Of a stretch of 64,000 nucleotides of DNA, positions 1 through 10,336 are shown piece after piece (the first letter of the stretch is position 1; every line of letters begins with the position of its first letter). Both the position numbers and the translations under genes were made by a program. The notes beneath the pieces were generated by a model. That model was not told the DNA's origin, made no database searches, and saw only the letters and a program-made list of their open reading frames with translations. Source of the stretch: Fusobacteriia bacterium UBA1095 (GTDB taxonomy: Bacteria; Fusobacteriota; Fusobacteriia; Bac17; UBA816); NCBI GenBank assembly GCA_002313635.1, contig DCBY01000012.1, positions 7,859-71,858 of the forward strand, written 5' to 3'.

Positions 1-1368
1 TGCACAGCACTTATGTACGCAACAATAAGTGGATACAAGCAAATATGTGAACTACTATTAATAAAAGGAGCAAAAGTAGATGAAATTAATAATGATGGAT
101 GGTCAGCATTAACATTTGCCGCAAAAGAAGGCCATACAGACATATGTAATTTTCTAGTAACCGTTGGAGCAAAAATTGATTTAGATGGCTTAATACCTCC
201 TATTGTAGTTGCTGTTGCTGCAGGACATGCAGGAATATGCAGAATACTTATAGAAGATGAATCAAAAATTTATTCTTTACTTTATGAAGATATAACATTA
301 TTAATGATTGCAGCGGCCATGGGACAGGTACAAGTTTGTAACCTTTTATTAGAAAGAGGGGCGGATATAAATTTTCAAAATAATAGAGGGTATACTGCAC
401 TTATGTTTGCAGCAGCAATGAATAAAGTTGAAATTTGTAAACTTTTATTAGAAAAAGGAGACGATGTAGATTGCCAAGATAATAAAGGTAACACAGCACT
501 TATATATGCAGCAGAAATGAATAAAGTTGAAGTTTGCAATCTATTATTAACAAGAAGAATAAATGTAAATGCTAAAAATAATCAAAAAAGAAGCGCATTA
601 ATGCTTGCAGCACAAAAAGGACACAAAAAGGTATGTGAACTACTATTAAAAAATGGAGCAGATATTAACGCTATAGAAAACAATGGGGCTACAGCGTTAA
701 CTTTTGCCGCCTGCATGGGAAACAAAGAAGTTTGTGAATTTTTACTAGAAAAAGGAGCAGATATAAACTATAGCAACAGCTTCTCTCCTTTGATAGCTGC
801 AATAGCTTCAAGCCACATAGATATATGCGAATTTTTAATAGATAGGGCGGCAAATGTAAATGTTGCTTTAGAGGGTACGGGATGGACTCCTTTAATGGTT
901 TCATCAGCTAAAGGACAAGTGGAGATATGTCAACTTTTACTAAAAAAGGGTGCAAAGCTAGACAAAAAAGACCACAAAGGCTATACAGCACTTATGCATG
1001 CAGCAGAGAATGGACAAAAAATGACCTGTGAAATGATTTTAAAAGAAGATAAATTATCCGTTGCTGATATCAAAGATGCTTTGATATCAGCAGAATCAAA
1101 TAATCATGAAAATATTGTTAAACTTCTTTCGGATACAATATCAAAAATGGATGATCAAAACTCTGAGGAAGAGGAAGAAAAAAATATACCAAAAGAGGCA
1201 TCTAATGGGGGTGTGTCTAATATTATTAGTATCAATGACAAATTTGAACAAGATCAAGGTATTGAAATACCAAATATGCCCATTTTAGAATCTGCTTCCA
1301 ACCCCTCTTCAACTCCTGCAGAGTCAGATGAATTAGCAAATTTGACTCATAAGATACCGTCAACATAA
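1..1368 (+). CDS. Ankyrin-repeat protein, 5' partial (frame is open from nt 1), with acidic low-complexity C-terminal tail
   Basis: About 10 tandem 33-aa ANK repeats (e.g. TALMFAA..GH.EVC.LLL..GA.VN). The reading frame stays open to the window edge. The tail is SEEEEEKN...STPAESDE. Confidence 0.8.
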   Translation, partial: CTALMYATISGYKQICELLLIKGAKVDEINNDGWSALTFAAKEGHTDICNFLVTVGAKIDLDGLIPPIVVAVAAGHAGICRILIEDESKIYSLLYEDITLLMIAAAMGQVQVCNLLLERGADINFQNNRGYTALMFAAAMNKVEICKLLLEKGDDVDCQDNKGNTALIYAAEMNKVEVCNLLLTRRINVNAKNNQKRSALMLAAQKGHKKVCELLLKNGADINAIENNGATALTFAACMGNKEVCEFLLEKGADINYSNSFSPLIAAIASSHIDICEFLIDRAANVNVALEGTGWTPLMVSSAKGQVEICQLLLKKGAKLDKKDHKGYTALMHAAENGQKMTCEMILKEDKLSVADIKDALISAESNNHENIVKLLSDTISKMDDQNSEEEEEKNIPKEASNGGVSNIISINDKFEQDQGIEIPNMPILESASNPSSTPAESDELANLTHKIPST

Positions 1369-1503
1369 TTAGGTGAAACGTTATTCTATAGAAAAGGTTT
1401 GATGAGGAATAGAAGTAAATAAAATACATTTCAAGTAGGGTAAGTTCGTGCCTTGTCCTGATTGGTCTTATTTTCAATAAGCTTTACTATTTATTTAGTT
1501 TAG

Positions 1504-4236
1504 TTAGGGATGAAATCTTCTTGTCATATTTCCGCTGTACTTAACTTGTTCTAATAAAAGATTATATACTTCTTGATGGGAACCATTCATAGCAATAGTC
1601 AAAGCTGTCTCACCTTTTATATTCTCTGCATCAATAGCAGCTCCTCTTTCTATTAATAATTCACATACTTCTTTATGCCCTCTCTCTGCTGCCCGCATTA
1701 ACGCTCTTCTACCAAAATTATCTTTTGTGTCTACTTTTGCACCTTTTTCTATGAGAATCTTGCACAACTCCTTATGTCCACTACATGCTGCTAGCATCAG
1801 TGCAGTGCTACCAATGTTACTTGCAGTGTCTATAACTGCACCTTTACTTAATAGCAGATTACATATATCTTCATACCCCCAAACTGCTGCCCACATAAGT
1901 GAAGTCCACCCATCTTTGTCCCCTACATTCACTTCTATGCTTCTTTTCAGTAGAAGCTCACAGACACCTTTATGTCCATTTTTGGCAGCTATCATTAGTA
2001 AAGTGGTTCCATTCTTTTTTGTAGAATTAATTTCACCTCCTCTATTTAACAAAAGCTCACAAACTTCTTCCCTTCCACTCTCTACTGCTAATATCAAAGC
2101 TGTATTACCTTCATAATCTTCAGTATTAACATTCACTCCTTTGTCTAAAAGGAGCCCACATATCTCTTTATTTCCCTGAACTGCTGCCACCATCAACACA
2201 GTAGGTCCACCATTGTATGAAGGTGAATCAGACTCATAATAAATTTCTCTTATGTAATGGCTTATATCTCTTTTAGAACGAAAATTAACATTAGCACCTT
2301 TACACAGTAAAACTTTACACACTTCTACATGATTATTCAAAATAGCTAAAATCAGGCTTGTTTCCCCACTAATGTCTGCAGCATCCACTTCTGCTCCTCT
2401 TTCTAGTAATAGCTTACAAATCTCCTTATACCCATTTTGTGCTGCTAATATCAATGCTCTTCGCCCAAGCTCATCTTCTGAATTAACTTCTACTCCTTCA
2501 TCTAATAAAAGCTTACATACTTCCTTATGTCCATTTTGTGCTGCTGCTATTAATGCTCCTCCTACCTTGGTAACATTTATCCCCTTCTTTAATAATAGTT
2601 CAGATATTTCTATATTTCCAGAAGACGCTACTAAAATCAATGCTCTGCTACCAAATTCATCTGACACATCTAATTTTATATCTTTTTCTAGAAGCAACTT
2701 ACATACTTCCATACAACCATTTTCTGATGCTAGCATTAAAACTCTTGATAAATCAATATTTGATCCTTTATCTATTAGTAACCTACACACCTCCTGATGA
2801 CCATTTGTCACTGCTATCATCAGTGCTGTCCACCCACTTTTGCTCACTGCATCCACTTTTGCTTTACTATCTATTAATAACTTACATACTTCCTTATGTC
2901 CATTCTGTGCTGCAAGCATCAATGCTGTCAACCCATCAATAGACGATGTATTAACTTTCGCTCCTTTTTCTATCAATAGCATACACAACTCCTCATTTCC
3001 ATCTTCTGAAGCAAACATCAGTGCGCTCCATCCTATCTTATTAATTGCGTCTACTACTGCCCTTCTTTCTAATAATAAATCACACACTTCTTTTTTCCTA
3101 TTCATTGCTGCCAACATTAATGCTGTCCATCCTTCATTACCTACTGCATTAACTTCTGCCCCCCTTTCTATCAATAGCTCACACACTCTCCTATGTCCAT
3201 TCTGGGCTGCTAGCATTAAAGCTCTCCACCCCTTCTTATTCACCGCATTTATTTCTGTTCCTACATCCAAAAGCAAACTGCAAGTCTCTTTATGACCACT
3301 ATGTGCTGCAAACATTAATGCTCTCCATCCATCTTTATTTACTGCATTTACCCCTGCACCATTATTTAGCAACAGCTTACACATCTCTTCATGTCCATTT
3401 TGTGCTGCTGGCATCAGTGCTCTAATGCCATCCTTTGTTGCTGCATCTATTTCTGCCCCTTTTGCTAATAACAACTTGCACAACTCTTTATGATCATTTT
3501 GGGCTGCTAATATTAGTGTTCTTATCCCATTTTTATCCAACTCTGTATTTACATCAATACCCTCTTTTAACAACCATTTCACTATTTCTATTTTGCCAAA
3601 TTTTGACGCTGTAAGTAACATATATTCTTTTATATCTTTTTTATATTTTTCTAACTCTTTCAAAATTTCTATAGCCAATTCTTCCCTGTATATAAAGAGT
3701 ATTTCTGTCGTATTTATTCTTCTATCATAGATTATTCCTCTATCATCTTTGTAATTCTCTATTATCCATTCAATACCTTTCTCTTTTATCTTTTCAAGTT
3801 TGCCATATATTATTAATCTTTCTAACTCTGTTGCTCCTATTCTTGTTAAAAACTGTGCTTCTAATTTTTTGTCTTCTTTTTCTTTCACTTTAAGTAAAAG
3901 TTTATAAGTTAAATATTCTTCTGGTATCAAATTAAGAATTTCAATACTTATATTATCCACCATTTTCTCGTATACGCTGGCTGGATATTGGCAATCTTCT
4001 ATATTGATTAATAATTTAACAGCTTCTGTATTACCTACTTCTAATGCCTCTTCTATGGGAAATAGGCTACTACTACCTTTAGATAACGCTGTGTACTTAT
4101 CTACACTCTTCAACAAGATTTTGCTATTCTCATCGTCAAAATGGTGTATAGCTCTGCTAAAACTCTCTCTTTTGCCTTTATCTTTCATCTCAGCACTCTT
4201 GAATGCACAACTTAACACCAATATTAAAAATATCAT
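1504..4236 (-). CDS. Ankyrin-repeat lipoprotein, family A (910 aa): signal/lipobox LVLSC, ~230-aa conserved N-terminal domain, then ~20 ANK repeats
   Basis: The N-terminus MIFLILVLSCAF fits a lipoprotein signal. The N-terminal domain is paralogous to ORF 8246-10120 (shared KGKRE..S.AI, LPIEEA, ATELERLII, INTTEIL, DIKEY, VKWLLK). Long ANK array with consensus GWRALMLAAQNGHKEVCELLL. Confidence 0.85.
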   Translation of the reverse strand: MIFLILVLSCAFKSAEMKDKGKRESFSRAIHHFDDENSKILLKSVDKYTALSKGSSSLFPIEEALEVGNTEAVKLLINIEDCQYPASVYEKMVDNISIEILNLIPEEYLTYKLLLKVKEKEDKKLEAQFLTRIGATELERLIIYGKLEKIKEKGIEWIIENYKDDRGIIYDRRINTTEILFIYREELAIEILKELEKYKKDIKEYMLLTASKFGKIEIVKWLLKEGIDVNTELDKNGIRTLILAAQNDHKELCKLLLAKGAEIDAATKDGIRALMPAAQNGHEEMCKLLLNNGAGVNAVNKDGWRALMFAAHSGHKETCSLLLDVGTEINAVNKKGWRALMLAAQNGHRRVCELLIERGAEVNAVGNEGWTALMLAAMNRKKEVCDLLLERRAVVDAINKIGWSALMFASEDGNEELCMLLIEKGAKVNTSSIDGLTALMLAAQNGHKEVCKLLIDSKAKVDAVSKSGWTALMIAVTNGHQEVCRLLIDKGSNIDLSRVLMLASENGCMEVCKLLLEKDIKLDVSDEFGSRALILVASSGNIEISELLLKKGINVTKVGGALIAAAQNGHKEVCKLLLDEGVEVNSEDELGRRALILAAQNGYKEICKLLLERGAEVDAADISGETSLILAILNNHVEVCKVLLCKGANVNFRSKRDISHYIREIYYESDSPSYNGGPTVLMVAAVQGNKEICGLLLDKGVNVNTEDYEGNTALILAVESGREEVCELLLNRGGEINSTKKNGTTLLMIAAKNGHKGVCELLLKRSIEVNVGDKDGWTSLMWAAVWGYEDICNLLLSKGAVIDTASNIGSTALMLAACSGHKELCKILIEKGAKVDTKDNFGRRALMRAAERGHKEVCELLIERGAAIDAENIKGETALTIAMNGSHQEVYNLLLEQVKYSGNMTRRFHP

Positions 4237-4421
4237 ATTTTCTCCTTATATACGAAAACTAAGAACCTAAATCAAAATTTTAATTCTGATTAGAGACAAG
4301 GAATATTTCTTTTAGTCTAGCTTAAAATATGAAAATTAAATTTTCTTACTTATTTTATCATAACTATCTAAAGCCCACAGAAAAGAAGAAGGAACAAAAA
4401 TGAATCAAAATTTTCTAATAC

Positions 4422-5240
4422 CTAAACAGAGGATACCTCATGCTTTTTCCACTTCATACCAATTCGGCCTAAATAATCTGTAAGAGGAGCATACTCAAAT
4501 ACCTGACTAACATCAATTTTGGCATTTTTGTAAATTTCAATTAAGTTTCTAGCTAACATCACTAATCTGTTATCTACTATTAGCTTAGCCAACTTATCAT
4601 TGTCAAGCCACTCTTTTTTCAGGTAATCCTCACCTTTATAACTTAAAATCAAGTCAAAAGGGCCTTTCATATTTTCTGAATCCCAGTATTCCAGGCAAAA
4701 AATCTTTTCTACCATATCATTCTCTAAAAACTCAGACCTGCCTCTATTCTCTTCGAATAGATATTCAAGACTTTCATAAATATCAGCTTCAACTGCATGG
4801 TAATCAAAATATATCTTTTTCTTGCCTTTTTCTACCTTAAAGCAAGTTTTTAATAGTAACTTGAACTCTTCATTAGAAATACTTCCTAATGCCTCAAAAC
4901 TAGCTTTAATAAAGTTAATGGACTTATACAGAAAAGCTACCTTCAAGCACTTAATAAAAATCTCTCTTTTTTTATCTTCATCACCGGAAGAAGCTCCAAT
5001 AATAGCTTGTACGAACTTAGATATGACATCTTTTTTGTCCCAAATAGCTATTATATCTAAAAGGGTATCCCCATCATACTCTTCTTTTATTAACCTATCT
5101 AAGTCTGAATACTCTAAACTATCTAAAAAGCTAAAATCATCCTCTAATGCATTTTCAACAAAGTGCTCATTTAAAATTTTTTCTTTAGCACTAAAGTCAA
5201 ATTTGCTACATCCAAAAGTTAAAAAACAAAACAGAATCAT
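4422..5240 (-). CDS. Family B lipoprotein (272 aa), solo copy
   Basis: Lipobox FGCS. Paralogous to 5432-6262 and 12324-13196 through shared motifs DFSFLD, DLDRLI, DTL.DIIA.WD, FLYKSINFIKASFE, EEFKLLL, VEKGK.KI.FDY, VEADIYESLEYLF, LEYWDS, KLAKLIV..RLV.LARNL. Confidence 0.8.
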   Translation of the reverse strand: MILFCFLTFGCSKFDFSAKEKILNEHFVENALEDDFSFLDSLEYSDLDRLIKEEYDGDTLLDIIAIWDKKDVISKFVQAIIGASSGDEDKKREIFIKCLKVAFLYKSINFIKASFEALGSISNEEFKLLLKTCFKVEKGKKKIYFDYHAVEADIYESLEYLFEENRGRSEFLENDMVEKIFCLEYWDSENMKGPFDLILSYKGEDYLKKEWLDNDKLAKLIVDNRLVMLARNLIEIYKNAKIDVSQVFEYAPLTDYLGRIGMKWKKHEVSSV

Positions 5241-5431
5241 ATTCTCTCCTAAATTAGTCTTATCGACAAGGAAGTTAATTTTTATTACTACTAATATAAT
5301 ACCATTATTTATGCAATTTGTAATAGTATCATATGCATATTATATATTTCTATAAAAGGATGTTTAAGAAAAAGGGAAACTAATTGAAGTTTCCCTTTGA
5401 TATGTATTATTTTGCTAATCAAGTTCCAAAT

Positions 5432-6262
5432 TTAAACTACAGAAATCTTAATCTGTTTTTTTAAGCCAATCCTAGTTAGGTATCTTGCAAGCTTTTCATT
5501 TTGAAGTACCTTATCAACATTAATTTTAGAGCTCTTCTGGATATTAAGCAAATTTCTAGCAAGAATAACTAACCTTTTCTCTACTATTAGCTCAGCTAAC
5601 TTATCACTATCAATCCACTTTTCTTTCAGATATTCCTCACCCTTATATTCTATGATCATATCCAAAAATCCTTTTTTAGTATCTGAATCCCAATATTCTA
5701 AATAAAGTATCTTCTCTACTATCTCATCGCTTACAAGGTCTTTTTTCTTTTTGTTTTTATCCTTGTTAAACAACAATTGAAGACTTTCATAAATATCAGC
5801 TTCAACTGTACGGTAGTCAAAGTGTATCTTCTGTCTTCCTTTCTCTACTCTTAAGCAGTTGTCTAGCAATAACTTAAATTCGTCATCAGAAATCTCATCT
5901 ACCTTATCAAGGATAGATTTAATAAGATTAACAGACTTGTATAGAAAAGCTTTCTCTAGGCACTCCATGAAAATTGCTCTTTTCTTGTCTTCCTCCTTAG
6001 ATGAAGCTTTATCCAAAGTCTCCACAAAATGGGATACAGTATCTTCATAGTCCCAAGTAGCAATAATATCCACTAAGGTGTCCTCTTCATCGTTTTCATC
6101 CTTTTCCTGTATCAACCTATCAAGATCTTCACTTTCCACATCATCTAGAAAATCAAATTCATCTTCTGTTGCTTTTTCAATAAAGTCTTTTTGTAAAGAT
6201 TTTTCCTTAGTACTAAGTTCTGGACTTTCACAGCCAATAGTTAAAAGATAAAATAAAATCAT
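5432..6262 (-). CDS. Family B lipoprotein (276 aa), downstream member of a C->B cassette
   Basis: Lipobox IGCE. Same motif set as the other family B members. Lies 15 nt downstream of the family C gene on the same strand. Confidence 0.8.
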   Translation of the reverse strand: MILFYLLTIGCESPELSTKEKSLQKDFIEKATEDEFDFLDDVESEDLDRLIQEKDENDEEDTLVDIIATWDYEDTVSHFVETLDKASSKEEDKKRAIFMECLEKAFLYKSVNLIKSILDKVDEISDDEFKLLLDNCLRVEKGRQKIHFDYRTVEADIYESLQLLFNKDKNKKKKDLVSDEIVEKILYLEYWDSDTKKGFLDMIIEYKGEEYLKEKWIDSDKLAELIVEKRLVILARNLLNIQKSSKINVDKVLQNEKLARYLTRIGLKKQIKISVV

Positions 6263-6277
6263 TGCTCCTCCTATTTA

Positions 6278-7849
6278 CTATACACTAGATTGCAAAGGAT
6301 CTAGTTGTTGATTCATATTCCTTATAATTCTAACCACCTGGTCATTAATTGAATCAGCACCTCTTTCCAAAATGCTAAGTTGTCGCTTTATATTTTCTAT
6401 AGAGTCCTCTATTATCCCCATTTTCTTAGATAAATTAATTAAATTTATTCCTAGCCTTTCTTTGTCAATGATACCCATGATACTACATAAATTAGACTGC
6501 TGTTTATCAATTCTGTCATATACATCCTTAATTGCAGGAACAGCTCCCTTTTTAAAGCGTTTTGTAATTGCTTTTTCGAGATTTTGTCCATTTTTCTTTA
6601 AATTTTCGATTCTTTCTTTTAGCAGGCCAAAGACACTGTCAAAAAATCCCTTCTCTTTTTTATCAAATTTGACTCTCTCCAGCCAGGCACACTCCATTTC
6701 AATTCCTCTAATGTATTTAAATAATTTTACTATAATATCTTTTTGTTTTTGATCAACTTTAAATTTCTTCAAAATACCCTCTGCACCGGTAGTTAATAAC
6801 TCACTAAAACCAGGTTTGATTCCAGTCGATACAAAAGTAGCTGCGTCAGCTGATAATCCTACTAATTTAACAATAGATTTAAAGGTAACGATCCCTGCTT
6901 TCGTTAATTTATCAAGCATAATGTTCCTTTTTTTCAAATTATTTCCTAAAAGCAGAAATACTTCAATGACTTCTTTATTCTTTTTTAATGCAGCTATCAT
7001 CATAGCATTGAGCTCTTTATTATCATTCATATATACTTCCTGATTTGCTCCCTGCACTAACAACCGTTCACAATAATATGCTCCTTCTCTTACATCCAAA
7101 GCTGATTGAATTAGTGGGTTAATATTGTCATTATTAGAAAATTCGAGCATTTTAACTGACAAGCTATCATAAGGTTCTTTGCTAGCAAGAAGAGAGAGAA
7201 CCCCGTCAAATACAACTCTTCTATTTTGTTTTACACTGTAAAGAAGCATATTATCACCAGAGGAGTTTATCTTTTTTGTTCCCAGATCGTTATACCAGTC
7301 CAATAAGGTTACAGCAAAGTCACTATTACCATCTATAAGGAGTGAAAGTGGGGAATTTCCCTCATCATTAACATAAGTAAGCTCATCTACGATAACTCGG
7401 TCCATCTTTTCAAAATAATCTCTTAATTTTTTTAATTCGTTTCTTTCATCTAGAGAAAGATTCGATACATCTTGTTCTTTCAAACTTAAAAATCTATCCC
7501 TAGGAATAATAGTATCAAGAAATTGTCTGTTATTTATCTTAACAGCATAGTGAAAGCAATTATTATTGTCTTTATCTTTAAGGGATAGTTCCCCAACAAA
7601 GTTATCTTCATGCATAAGTGAAAGTACCTTATTAATTGCAACCTCATTATCCGTATCTAAGGCCACCATAATAAGGCTTCTGTAATTAGGATCTTCTATC
7701 TGAGATTTGTTACCTAACATACTTAAATCTACCTTACCCTGATCCTCGGTCAAGCTTTTCTTTATAACATCCATCTTAACTTTGTCCTTGGAACTAAAGC
7801 TATCTGGCAAACAGGAAATAAGGGACAACAAATAAAAAATACCCAACAT
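6278..7849 (-). CDS. Family C lipoprotein (523 aa): degenerate ankyrin-like repeats plus C-terminal coiled-coil
   Basis: Signal/lipobox LISCL. Paralog of 13214-14794 (GNKSQIEDPNYRSL.M.ALD, ELSLKDK.N.NCFHYA, IIPRDR, NDEGNSPLSLLIDG, GDNMLLY, INPLIQS.D..EGAYYCE.LL..GA). ANK-like helix pairs are present. The heptad-rich C-terminus is my call from the sequence. Confidence 0.8.
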   Translation of the reverse strand: MLGIFYLLSLISCLPDSFSSKDKVKMDVIKKSLTEDQGKVDLSMLGNKSQIEDPNYRSLIMVALDTDNEVAINKVLSLMHEDNFVGELSLKDKDNNNCFHYAVKINNRQFLDTIIPRDRFLSLKEQDVSNLSLDERNELKKLRDYFEKMDRVIVDELTYVNDEGNSPLSLLIDGNSDFAVTLLDWYNDLGTKKINSSGDNMLLYSVKQNRRVVFDGVLSLLASKEPYDSLSVKMLEFSNNDNINPLIQSALDVREGAYYCERLLVQGANQEVYMNDNKELNAMMIAALKKNKEVIEVFLLLGNNLKKRNIMLDKLTKAGIVTFKSIVKLVGLSADAATFVSTGIKPGFSELLTTGAEGILKKFKVDQKQKDIIVKLFKYIRGIEMECAWLERVKFDKKEKGFFDSVFGLLKERIENLKKNGQNLEKAITKRFKKGAVPAIKDVYDRIDKQQSNLCSIMGIIDKERLGINLINLSKKMGIIEDSIENIKRQLSILERGADSINDQVVRIIRNMNQQLDPLQSSV

Positions 7850-7982
7850 TTTATTACCATCCTTTTCTTATTTTAATTAAATTAATCTATCACAATCCAA
7901 TCTTAGATATTACATTATAAAATATAAATGATGTCTTAGCAAATAAAATGAAAGAAAGTAGGTAATAATATCTATTATTTTA

Positions 7983-8011
7983 ATGTTGACAATAAATGCA
8001 CACTTTTCCAT
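7983..8011 (+). promoter_or_regulatory. Sigma70-like promoter: TTGACA, 17-nt spacer, CATAAT
   Basis: Sequence ttgacaataaatgcacacttttccataat sits in the divergent intergenic region. The leader to the 8246 start would be long. Confidence 0.35.
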
Positions 8012-8245
8012 AATAAATGTCCCCTATGCACTATCTAAATTTTTTATTGCTACCAATCAACATTTCATTCCTATCATCACGTTTTAGTACTATCTTGGCT
8101 TTTTGCCATCTCCTATTCTAAATTTCTCGATAGTATGTTAGAATCCTAAGGAATTCAATTTTATGTTCGGAAACTAGGTTTAAGTATTATTTTGTTCAGC
8201 AATTTACTATTGAAGGCTGGTTTTTTTCACAGATAGGGGGAGACT

Positions 8246-10120
8246 GTGCTATTCTTAATCTTAATGTCAAGCTGCATATCTAACAATTTTACAACAAGAA
8301 ATAAAGGAAAAAGAGAGGATATAAGTAAAGCTATACAGAATCCTACTTCTAAAGATAGTAAAATTATATTTGAAAATATAGATGCAAAAACAGCTTTACA
8401 GAAAAACGATGAAGGTCTACTGCCCATAGAAGAAGCAATAAAAGCAAGAAACATAGAAGCAACAAGCTTGCTGATGTCCGTGAAGGATTGCAGATACCCT
8501 ATCTATATATATGACAAAATATTGAACGAGGGGAGGGTAGATATTTTCAAATTAATTCCAGAAAAGCATTTAAGCTACAAGCTACTAAACAAACTAAAGA
8601 AAAGAGCAAACAAAGATTTAGAAAAGGAATTTTTAAAGAGAATAGAAGCAACAGAATTGGAAAGATTAATAATAGAGGGTAGAGCTCATGAGATAAGGAG
8701 TCAAAGTAAGGAGTGGGTAATAGCTAACTACAGAGACAAAAGAGGATCTATTGATAAAAGAAAAATAAATACAACAGAAATATTGTGCATATACGGAGAC
8801 AAATTAGCAAAAGAATTAATAGAAAAACTAAAAGATGATAAAAAAGACATAAAAGAATATTTGCTGTTTGTAGCATCAAAACTAGGGAATAGAAGCATGG
8901 TCAAGTGGCTACTAAAAAGCAATTTAGATATAAACAGTAGACCAGATAACAATGACGGGAGAACAGCATTAGCAGGGGCAGCTTTTAATGGACACAAAGA
9001 AGTTTGTGAGCTCTTGTTAGATAGAGGAGCAGAATTAAACACATCGGGTGAAGATGAATGGGAAGTATTAGTATTAGCAGCACAAGGCGGGCATAAGGAT
9101 GTATGTGAACTTTTGCTTAACAGAGGAGCAAAAGTAAATTCAATAAGAGGAAATAAAATCAGTGCCCTGATGTTAGCAGCACAGAACGGATACAAAGAAG
9201 TTTGTGAACTGCTTTTAAAGAATGGAGCAGAAGTTAATGCAATAAATGAAGGTGGATGGAGAGCATTGATGCTTGCAGCAAAGAATGGACACGAAAAAGT
9301 TTGTGAATTGCTGTTAAAGAATGGAGCAGAAGTCAATGCAATAAATGAAGATAGATGGAGAGCATTGATGCTTGCAGCACAAGGTGGATATATAAAGGTA
9401 TGTGAGTTATTATTGGATAAGGGAGCAGAGGTTGACTTATCAGATAAAGACGGTTGGAAAGCATTAATACTTGCAGCACAATACGGACATAAAGAAGTGT
9501 GTAAGCTATTGATAGAAAGAGGAGCAGAAGCCTATGCTGCAAAGAAGGGTGGGATGACAGCACTGGTTTTAGCAGCACAAAATGGGCATAAAGAGGTATG
9601 TGAGTTGTTGCTCGATAAGGGAGGGGAAGTTAACGCAGTAGAGAGAAGTAAAATTATGGCACTGATGTTTGCAGCAGAAAATGGACATAAGGAAATATGT
9701 GAACTATTGCTGGATAGGGAAACAGAACCCGATACAATAAGTGAAGATGGATGGAGAGCATTAATGTTCGCAGCAAAGAATGGACACAGATTAATTTGTG
9801 AATTACTACTGAATAAGGGAGCAAAAGTTGATGCAGTAGGAAGGAGCAGGGCTAGGGCATTAAATTTTGCTGTAGAAAGTGGGCATGATCAAGTTTACAG
9901 ATTGTTGTTGGAGATAGGAACAGAAGTTGACTTAATAAATGGAGATGGATGTGAGGCTTTGATGTTAGCAGCCCAAAATGGCCACAAAGAAGTTTGTGAA
10001 TTATTGCTGGAAAGAGGAGCAGAATCTGATGCAGTTGAGAAGAATAAGGCTAGAGCATTGGCATTGGCAGCACAAAATGGGCATAAAGAGGTATGCAAAT
10101 TGCTGTTATTAGATAAGTAA
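8246..10120 (+). CDS. Ankyrin-repeat lipoprotein, family A (624 aa), GTG start
   Basis: GTG start preceded by GGGGGAG. Lipobox LMSSC. The N-terminal ~230 aa are paralogous to the 910-aa protein. About 11 ANK repeats follow. Confidence 0.85.
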   Translation: MLFLILMSSCISNNFTTRNKGKREDISKAIQNPTSKDSKIIFENIDAKTALQKNDEGLLPIEEAIKARNIEATSLLMSVKDCRYPIYIYDKILNEGRVDIFKLIPEKHLSYKLLNKLKKRANKDLEKEFLKRIEATELERLIIEGRAHEIRSQSKEWVIANYRDKRGSIDKRKINTTEILCIYGDKLAKELIEKLKDDKKDIKEYLLFVASKLGNRSMVKWLLKSNLDINSRPDNNDGRTALAGAAFNGHKEVCELLLDRGAELNTSGEDEWEVLVLAAQGGHKDVCELLLNRGAKVNSIRGNKISALMLAAQNGYKEVCELLLKNGAEVNAINEGGWRALMLAAKNGHEKVCELLLKNGAEVNAINEDRWRALMLAAQGGYIKVCELLLDKGAEVDLSDKDGWKALILAAQYGHKEVCKLLIERGAEAYAAKKGGMTALVLAAQNGHKEVCELLLDKGGEVNAVERSKIMALMFAAENGHKEICELLLDRETEPDTISEDGWRALMFAAKNGHRLICELLLNKGAKVDAVGRSRARALNFAVESGHDQVYRLLLEIGTEVDLINGDGCEALMLAAQNGHKEVCELLLERGAESDAVEKNKARALALAAQNGHKEVCKLLLLDK

Positions 10121-10336
10121 AGAGCAGATGTAAAGAGCTTTATAAACTCTTTTTAAAAGGATAACTATTGGAAAATTACACCAATGGTTTAGGGGGTTAT
10201 TGAAGTGGAAGAACAATAAAGTATACAGATTCTAATTTTGTAAGGAGAGAGAGAATATCAGGACATTTTGAATGAATTTCTAAATATTAGGTAAGCATTT
10301 GCACAATTTGATGTTATAAAGATTAGGTAGTAAAAT

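Noticed and set aside
1727-3295. Plus-strand ORFs 1727-2116, 2372-2797 and 2840-3295 (also 8728-9336 and 9895-10098 on the other Ank gene) encoding LCPFCAA..INA repeats
   Set aside because: They are the antisense reading of the ankyrin repeat DNA. The repeats are periodic and codon-biased, so the opposite strand stays open by chance. The sense ANK genes explain the region fully.
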